Of a DNA stretch of 64,000 nucleotides, positions 57,993 to 64,000 are shown one piece after another. The notes below the pieces were generated by a model. The model made no database searches. It was not told where the DNA came from and was given only the letters and a program-made list of their open reading frames with translations. Both the position numbers and the translations under genes were made by a program. Source of the DNA: Candidatus Krumholzibacteriia bacterium (GTDB taxonomy: Bacteria; Krumholzibacteriota; Krumholzibacteriia; LZORAL124-64-63); assembly GCA_050174015.1 (NCBI GenBank), contig JBFXKG010000002.1, positions 32,001 to 96,000 of the forward strand. Reading direction: 5' to 3'. Position 1 is the stretch's first letter. Each line of letters opens with the position of its first letter.

Positions 57993-60266
57993 TCAACGGA
58001 TCAGGGTTACCCTTCCGTTCGAGACCGCCTTCTCCGTTTCCAGTCTCAATAGATAGACTCCGGATGGAACCGGCCTACCTCCATGGTCCGTGCCGTCCCA
58101 CTGGGCGCTCCCGGGCCCTGCTTGTTGATAGCCATCCACGAGGGTGGCGACCCGTCGACCGTCCAGGGAGAATACCGCCAATTTGGCCAACCCCTCCTGG
58201 GGCACGAAGTACCGGATCAGGGTCATGGGATTGGCAGGGTTGGGATGGGCGGAAAGGTCCGCACCAGCGTCGGATTCGCTGGCCTTGGTGGGGGCGGGGG
58301 AGGCCGGGGCGCCTCCAGAAGTCCGGCCGACCGGCAAGGGGTCCAATCGTTCCAGGGGGAGCAGGTGGAGTTCCTCGCCCGCATTTTTCGTATCAGTTAG
58401 GATTCCCCAATCCGTGTGTATCAGACGAGACGCTTGGGTGAACAGGTCCCCTCCGATACATCTGGCTCCCATTCCGGGTACGAATTTCATGACCGATATG
58501 CCACTGGTCCCCAGGGCAAGGTAAATCCGCTCCTTGAGAAACAGGACATCCCGGATACTTGCCCCGATGTCTTGGGATCCTTTGGTGGTCGGGGACAGGG
58601 GGTCGCTGACGTCATGGAGATAGAGAATCGAATCGTCGAATGTGAGGAGCCTGTCTCCCGATATGGACCCGAAGCGCCCTGCCAGGGGACCTGACCCCAG
58701 CAGGATGGGAGCCAGGGGATCGGTGAGGTCGATGACGGACACCCGGCCGTTTCCACCAAGATACAGGTAGTCGCCAATCCTCATCAATTGGCCGGGCGGC
58801 AGGTTCGGCAAGGAAGCCACCAGAATGGGATCGTTGTTCTGGTCGATGGTATAGATTCCGAGGATGTTTTTGTCGTGGGAGACGACTTGATACTGGTCCC
58901 AGGCCAGGACGGCGGTGATGGGGGGGAAGGTGGTCGCTTCCGCGGGAGCGATGGTTCCATCAGCAGCGATGTCCGCTTGCAGGTGGCGATCGGATATATA
59001 TGCTCGGCGGCCGACGAGGGCCATCTCATTGGCTGTCCGGTACTCCTCTTCAATGATTGAAATCCTGTGCGGCGGAGTGATCGACAGGTCAACGGTTTTC
59101 AAGCTCCAAAAAGACCAGTCTGGACTACTTCCCGATATGAGTTCTACCGCAGTACTTCCATCCAACTTTGCCACAACATCGGATCCACCATGGAAAACCT
59201 CCACGGGTGTACGACCGAAATCAGAAATTCTAAAAACGACATTGCCACAGGAGAGAATTTCCTTTTCCGGTATCCAGCTGAGAGGTGGAAGTCCGATATC
59301 GGGGCTGGCCAGGGAAAAACGAAAAGTTGGAGTATTCCAATCCGCGTCGGCCACGAAAACCGGCGAAAAATTGGATTTGAAGTAGACCAAGTTATGGTCT
59401 GAAAAAAGGGTGTTGAATGTGAAGTATTCATTGGAAGTGACCAAGGCGGAATAGTCCCATTCCACTTTGCCTTCTGACCCGACCGTGAGACGGGTCACAT
59501 AATTTTCGTAAATAATGAGGTAGGGGTTAACGGGGATCGCCACGCTGGAAACAAGGAAGCCGGGCGGGAATGGGATAACCGCATTGAAATACCCGAATCC
59601 ATCTGGCCACCCAGGTATGGAATCATGGAAATCCGAGACCTTTGGCTGGGTTGGGTGGGTGATGTCCACCACGGACATCTGTCCAGAATAACCGACGAGA
59701 GTTGACCCGAAAGAAGAGGTGGCAATGGCTGAAGGAAAGCCCAGGCATATGTCGCGACCCCAATTGTCCGACCTGACTTCAAAACCCAACCCCACCGATC
59801 CAAGAAGGGTCGGATGGGCCGGATCGGAGAGGGAGTACAGGTAGAGATTGCGGGGATCGGCCACGCCCAGGAGGGAGTCCTGGATGGCCACCACAAGGTC
59901 CCCGGCACTGAAGGTGATCCGGGCGAGCAGGTCGAGCGCAGGCAATCGGAAGATATCGACATGACTCGATTCCACGGCGGCGACGAGATCCCCACCTACG
60001 GCGAGATCCGTGTACGAGCCGAGGGCCTGGCTGTGGATCTTCGGCTTGAGGGTGTCCCTGACATCGAGAAGGTACAGGTCACTGGGCCCGGCCATCAGGA
60101 TCGAGTCCTTCCAGGGCGCCGAGGCGGTGACGGCAATATCCGCGATCTCCAGCGGGTTCGGGATCCAGAAACTGCCCTCGGAATCGGCCAAGGCATCCTG
60201 GGCGGGACAGAGAGAGGGAAGGGAAAATACCAAGACGATGAGGGCCCGCAGGCAATGTCCTGACAT
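57993..60266 (-). CDS. Secreted LVIVD-like repeat protein with C-terminal FlgD-Ig/T9SS-like domain
   Basis: Signal peptide; repeats 'LYLLDVRD..P', 'YSLSDPAHP', 'VVDITHPTQP', 'VIDLTDPLAP', 'HDVSDPLSP'; tail 'HPNPANP..VFSLDGRRVATLVDG..WDGTD..SGVYLLRL'. Confidence 0.8.
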   Translation of the reverse strand: MSGHCLRALIVLVFSLPSLCPAQDALADSEGSFWIPNPLEIADIAVTASAPWKDSILMAGPSDLYLLDVRDTLKPKIHSQALGSYTDLAVGGDLVAAVESSHVDIFRLPALDLLARITFSAGDLVVAIQDSLLGVADPRNLYLYSLSDPAHPTLLGSVGLGFEVRSDNWGRDICLGFPSAIATSSFGSTLVGYSGQMSVVDITHPTQPKVSDFHDSIPGWPDGFGYFNAVIPFPPGFLVSSVAIPVNPYLIIYENYVTRLTVGSEGKVEWDYSALVTSNEYFTFNTLFSDHNLVYFKSNFSPVFVADADWNTPTFRFSLASPDIGLPPLSWIPEKEILSCGNVVFRISDFGRTPVEVFHGGSDVVAKLDGSTAVELISGSSPDWSFWSLKTVDLSITPPHRISIIEEEYRTANEMALVGRRAYISDRHLQADIAADGTIAPAEATTFPPITAVLAWDQYQVVSHDKNILGIYTIDQNNDPILVASLPNLPPGQLMRIGDYLYLGGNGRVSVIDLTDPLAPILLGSGPLAGRFGSISGDRLLTFDDSILYLHDVSDPLSPTTKGSQDIGASIRDVLFLKERIYLALGTSGISVMKFVPGMGARCIGGDLFTQASRLIHTDWGILTDTKNAGEELHLLPLERLDPLPVGRTSGGAPASPAPTKASESDAGADLSAHPNPANPMTLIRYFVPQEGLAKLAVFSLDGRRVATLVDGYQQAGPGSAQWDGTDHGGRPVPSGVYLLRLETEKAVSNGRVTLIR

Positions 60267-60315
60267 TGGGAGCCTACTTTCTCAGGATGGATATCGCATA
60301 TTTTGAAAGCCATGA

Positions 60316-60345
60316 ATCGTATCACAAACGGGAAGATCCCGTCAA
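60316..60345 (-). promoter_or_regulatory. Putative promoter for the LVIVD gene
   Basis: Minus strand TTGACG-N18-TACGAT with TG just upstream of the -10. Confidence 0.5.
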
Positions 60346-60577
60346 ATGGCCCGCCCCGGGGTGGCCCTTCCGGGACTCCCATAACGGCTCCCCCTTAGCC
60401 GGGGGGTCATGGAATGCAAATGATTCCAGGTAGGGTTGCTAGTTAACCTGTCAAAATTTTAGCAATTTTTTCGCCCGTGCTTGACTTCCTCCTCCGGCCC
60501 TGACGACCTTTCCGGCCTGTGTTAGATTGTCGTTTCCGTCGTGGTTGCCTGCTGCACCCGAGCGAACCGGAGCTGCC

Positions 60578-62647
60578 ATGCCCGCACCCGAGAACCCCGC
60601 CTCCGACCACCTCCTGGCCGAATTTCCCGTTCCCACCCTGGCTGAATGGCGCGCCGAAGTCGACCGCCTGCTCAAGGGCGTCCCCTTCGCCAAGGCGATG
60701 GTGACCCGCACCCTCGAGGGCATCGCGATCGATCCCATGCCGACCGCCGCCGACACGGAGAACCTGGGCTGGCTGGATTCCCGGCCGGGGCAGGCCCCCT
60801 ACGTGCGCGGGGGACGGGCGGGCGGTTACCACGAGACTCCCTGGTGGATCGCCCAGGAACTGGGCCTCTGCGATCCCGCCGACGTCAACGCCGCCTTGCG
60901 TCACGATCTGGGGCGGGGGCAGACGGCCGTGAACCTGGTGCTGGACCGGGCGGGGATGCGGGGAGGCGACCCCGTGACCGCGGAGGCCGGCGACGTGGGA
61001 TCAGGGGGAACGTCCATCGCGGACCTCGTCGACCTGACCCTCGCCCTGGATGGGGTGGACCTGTCCCGGACTCCGATCCTGATCGACGGCGGCGCGGGAG
61101 CAGTGCCCCTGGCCGCCATGCTGGTCCGACTGGCGAGGACGCGGGGGATCGACCCGGCCCGGCTGGAGGGATGTCTCGGCTGCGACCCGGTGTTCGGGCT
61201 GGCCCGTGAGGGCTCCCTGCCCCTGCCTGCGGTCGCGCTCTACGACCAGCTGGCCGATCTGGCGCGGTGGGCCGGCGACCACGCCCCGCGGCTGAGGACC
61301 CTGCCCGTGCACGAAACGCCCTGGCATGAAGGCGGGGCGGACGACGCCCTGTCCCTGGGGCTCTGCCTGGCGGGCGCGGTGCACGTCCTGCGGGAGATGG
61401 AACGGCGGGAACTGGATCTGGCTGCTGCGGTCGGCCGCATCCACTTCCAGCTCAGCCTCGGCGGCGACTTCTTCATGGGGATCGCCAAGCTGCGCGCCCT
61501 GCGCCTGCTGTGGAGCCGCATCCAGGAGGCGGCGGGGCTCCGGCCGGTCCCGGCCTTCATCCACGCCCGGACCAGCCGGCGCACCCTGGCCGCGGTCGAT
61601 CCCCACGTGAACATGCTGCGGACGACCATCGGGGCCATGGCGGCCGTGCTGGGCGCGGCCGACAGTCTCCATACCAGTCCCTTCGACGAGCCCCTGGGGC
61701 GGTCCGACGCCTTCAGCAGGCGCATCGCCAGGAACGTCCAGCTGATCCTGCGGCACGAATGCCATCTGGACCAGGTGGCCGACCCCGCCGGGGGAAGCTG
61801 GTACCCCGAGAAGCTGACCGGCGAACTGGCGACCACGGCCTGGGGCCACTTCCAGGGCGTCGAGGCCGGTGGAGGCATCCTCGCTCTCCTGGAGAGCGGC
61901 CAGATCCAGCACCGGGTGGCCGCGGCCGCCCTTGCGCGCACCGAGCGGCTGGCCACCCGCCGGGACGTCCTGATCGGGGTCAACCAGTACGCCATCGCGG
62001 GGGAGGTCCTGCGCAACGGCGAACCGTCCAAGCCGGAGGGATTCGCCGAGAGCCGGGCCAGGGAGGTCGCCGGCCGGCGCGGGAACCCGACTGTCGAGGC
62101 AGGATTCGCGGCCATGATCGAGGGGGCCGGCGCCGGGGCCACCATCGCGCAGCTGCTGCCCGGATCGTCGCCCGAGGGCGCGGTGATGCCCATCCCCCTG
62201 CGTCGGGACGCCGAGCCATTCGAACGCCTGAGGCGGCGGGTGGCCGATCTCGGCGAAGGTTCCGAAACGACGGTGTTCTGCGCCTGCCTGGGCGACTTCG
62301 CCCGCTACATGCCGCGGCTGGACTTCGTGCGGCGCTTCTTCCAGGTGGGGGGATTCAAGGTGAGGGCCGATGCCTTCTTCGCCGATCCGATGGCGGCCGC
62401 GGAGGCGGCCGCCGGCTCTGCGACCGTGGTGATCGTCGGGCTCGACGAAACCTACGGGGAACAGGCCGCGGCCACGGCGCGCCTGCTGAAGGCCCAGGAG
62501 GGGCCGCCCCGGTTGATCCTGGCCGGTCAGCCCGGCGACCTGGAAGCCGAACTGAAGGAGGCGGGCGTGGACGAGTTCATCCACCTGCGCAGCGACGTCC
62601 TGGCAGTGCTCGAACGCCTCGCCGCCGACCAGGAGGTGGAGTCATGA
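60578..62647 (+). CDS. mutA: Methylmalonyl-CoA mutase small (beta) subunit
   Basis: 'PGQAPYVRG', '[15 protein letters not shown]', '[10 protein letters not shown]', '[21 protein letters not shown]'; degenerate B12 domain without DxHxxG. Confidence 0.9.
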   Translation: MPAPENPASDHLLAEFPVPTLAEWRAEVDRLLKGVPFAKAMVTRTLEGIAIDPMPTAADTENLGWLDSRPGQAPYVRGGRAGGYHETPWWIAQELGLCDPADVNAALRHDLGRGQTAVNLVLDRAGMRGGDPVTAEAGDVGSGGTSIADLVDLTLALDGVDLSRTPILIDGGAGAVPLAAMLVRLARTRGIDPARLEGCLGCDPVFGLAREGSLPLPAVALYDQLADLARWAGDHAPRLRTLPVHETPWHEGGADDALSLGLCLAGAVHVLREMERRELDLAAAVGRIHFQLSLGGDFFMGIAKLRALRLLWSRIQEAAGLRPVPAFIHARTSRRTLAAVDPHVNMLRTTIGAMAAVLGAADSLHTSPFDEPLGRSDAFSRRIARNVQLILRHECHLDQVADPAGGSWYPEKLTGELATTAWGHFQGVEAGGGILALLESGQIQHRVAAAALARTERLATRRDVLIGVNQYAIAGEVLRNGEPSKPEGFAESRAREVAGRRGNPTVEAGFAAMIEGAGAGATIAQLLPGSSPEGAVMPIPLRRDAEPFERLRRRVADLGEGSETTVFCACLGDFARYMPRLDFVRRFFQVGGFKVRADAFFADPMAAAEAAAGSATVVIVGLDETYGEQAAATARLLKAQEGPPRLILAGQPGDLEAELKEAGVDEFIHLRSDVLAVLERLAADQEVES

Positions 62648-64000
62648 GCCGCCTGCCCGACTTCTCCAGGGTGTCCTTCGATCCGATGGTCGCCATGGGG
62701 ACCAATTCCGGGGAAGGCGACCCCGCAGGGACCGCCGCCTCCGAGACCTGGTTGACCAACGAGCAGATCGAGGTCAAACCGCTCTACACGGTGGAAGACG
62801 TGGCCGGGTGCGAACACACCGGCTACCTGGCGGGCCTGCCTCCGTTCCTGCGGGGGCCCTACGCCTCGATGTACGTGACCCGGCCCTGGACCGTGCGCCA
62901 GTACGCCGGCTTCTCCACGGCCGAGGAATCCAACGCCTTCTACCGGCGCAACCTCGCCGCCGGCCAGAAGGGTCTTTCGGTCGCCTTCGACCTGGCGACC
63001 CACCGCGGCTACGACAGCGACCATCCGCGGGTGGTCGGGGACGTGGGCAAGGCCGGGGTGGCCATCGATTCGATCGAGGACATGAAGGTGCTGTTCGACG
63101 GCATCCCCCTGGACCGGATGTCGGTCTCGATGACCATGAACGGAGCGGTGCTGCCGGTCCTGGCGTTCTACATCGTGGCGGGTCAGGAGCAGGGGTTCGC
63201 CCTGGAACAGCTCACCGGCACGATCCAGAACGACATCCTCAAGGAGTACATGGTCCGCAACACCTACATCTACCCGCCCGACTTCAGCATGCGGATCATC
63301 GCGGACATCTTCGCCTATACCGCGCGGCACATGCCGAAGTTCAACAGCATCAGCATCAGCGGCTACCACATGCAGGAAGCCGGGGCGACCGCCGACCTGG
63401 AACTCGCCTACACCCTGGCCGACGGGCTGGAGTACGTGCGGACGGGACTGAAGGCCGGCATGGAGATCGACGCCTTCGCCCCGCGGCTGTCCTTCTTCTG
63501 GGCCGAGGGCACCAACTACTTCATGGAGATGGCGAAGCTCCGCGCCGGCCGGCTGCTGTGGGCCAAGATCATCAAGCAGTTCGAGCCCCGGAACGCCAAG
63601 TCCATGGCCCTGCGCACCCACTCGCAGACCAGCGGCTGGTCCCTGGCCGAGCAGGATCCCTACAACAACGTGGCCCGCACCTGCATCGAGGCCATGGCTG
63701 CGGTGCTGGGGGGCACGCAGTCCCTGCACACCAACGCCCTGGACGAGGCCATCGCCCTGCCCACGGACTTCTCGGCGCGCATCGCCCGCAACACCCAGCT
63801 CTTCCTGCAGGAGGAGACGGGCATCTGCCGCACCGTCGACCCCTGGGGCGGTTCCTGGTATCTTGAGAGCCTGACCGACCAGCTCATGCGCAAGGCCTGG
63901 GGGCACATCCAGGAGGTGGAGGCGCACGGCGGGATGGCCGCGGCCATCGGGGCCGGGCTGCCCAAGATGAGGATCGAGGAGGCCAGCGCCCGCCGGCAGG
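62644..64000 (+). CDS. mutB: Methylmalonyl-CoA mutase large (alpha) subunit, 3' end outside the window
   Basis: Manual translation: '[58 protein letters not shown]', 'QNDILKE', '[12 protein letters not shown]', '[11 protein letters not shown]'. ATGA overlap with mutA. Confidence 0.95.
   Translation, partial: MSRLPDFSRVSFDPMVAMGTNSGEGDPAGTAASETWLTNEQIEVKPLYTVEDVAGCEHTGYLAGLPPFLRGPYASMYVTRPWTVRQYAGFSTAEESNAFYRRNLAAGQKGLSVAFDLATHRGYDSDHPRVVGDVGKAGVAIDSIEDMKVLFDGIPLDRMSVSMTMNGAVLPVLAFYIVAGQEQGFALEQLTGTIQNDILKEYMVRNTYIYPPDFSMRIIADIFAYTARHMPKFNSISISGYHMQEAGATADLELAYTLADGLEYVRTGLKAGMEIDAFAPRLSFFWAEGTNYFMEMAKLRAGRLLWAKIIKQFEPRNAKSMALRTHSQTSGWSLAEQDPYNNVARTCIEAMAAVLGGTQSLHTNALDEAIALPTDFSARIARNTQLFLQEETGICRTVDPWGGSWYLESLTDQLMRKAWGHIQEVEAHGGMAAAIGAGLPKMRIEEASARRQ

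Noticed and set aside
60270..60577. Cobalamin riboswitch upstream of methylmalonyl-CoA mutase
   Set aside because: No B12-box or GCCACTG/GGGAAG core recognisable on either strand.

Overview
High-GC bacterial chromosomal window with about 50 genes. No rRNA, tRNA or CRISPR array was recognised. Secreted proteins ending in FlgD-Ig/T9SS-like domains or a short '[TS][WF]Gx[VL]Kx LFx' tail suggest an FCB-superphylum candidate lineage such as Krumholzibacteriota/Latescibacterota (inference). Housekeeping and metabolic genes: cysK-cysE, rex, fabH, putP, a ZIP transporter, pepF, ptrB, lemA, a phosphohexomutase, the fadN-fadA-fadE operon with a divergent TetR/FadR and two matching operators, Rrf2-qNor, and methylmalonyl-CoA mutase subunits. 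Highlights: (1) a compact PKS/NRPS-free cluster of two JamB-like desaturases, ACP, FAAL, GNAT and sulfotransferase behind an AT-rich region bounded by 21-bp inverted repeats; (2) two archaeal-type modules within 10 kb, gatE-gatD and HMG-CoA synthase/thiolase/DUF35; (3) a three-gene envelope thiol-redox module (PEGA-Omp28-like lipoprotein, Cys-paired secreted protein, TlpA fused to a DUF6029-like barrel); (4) a decayed HEPN-MNT pair next to an HNH cassette flanked by two ~80-bp covarying palindromic elements. All family calls come from motif recognition by eye; no database searches were run.
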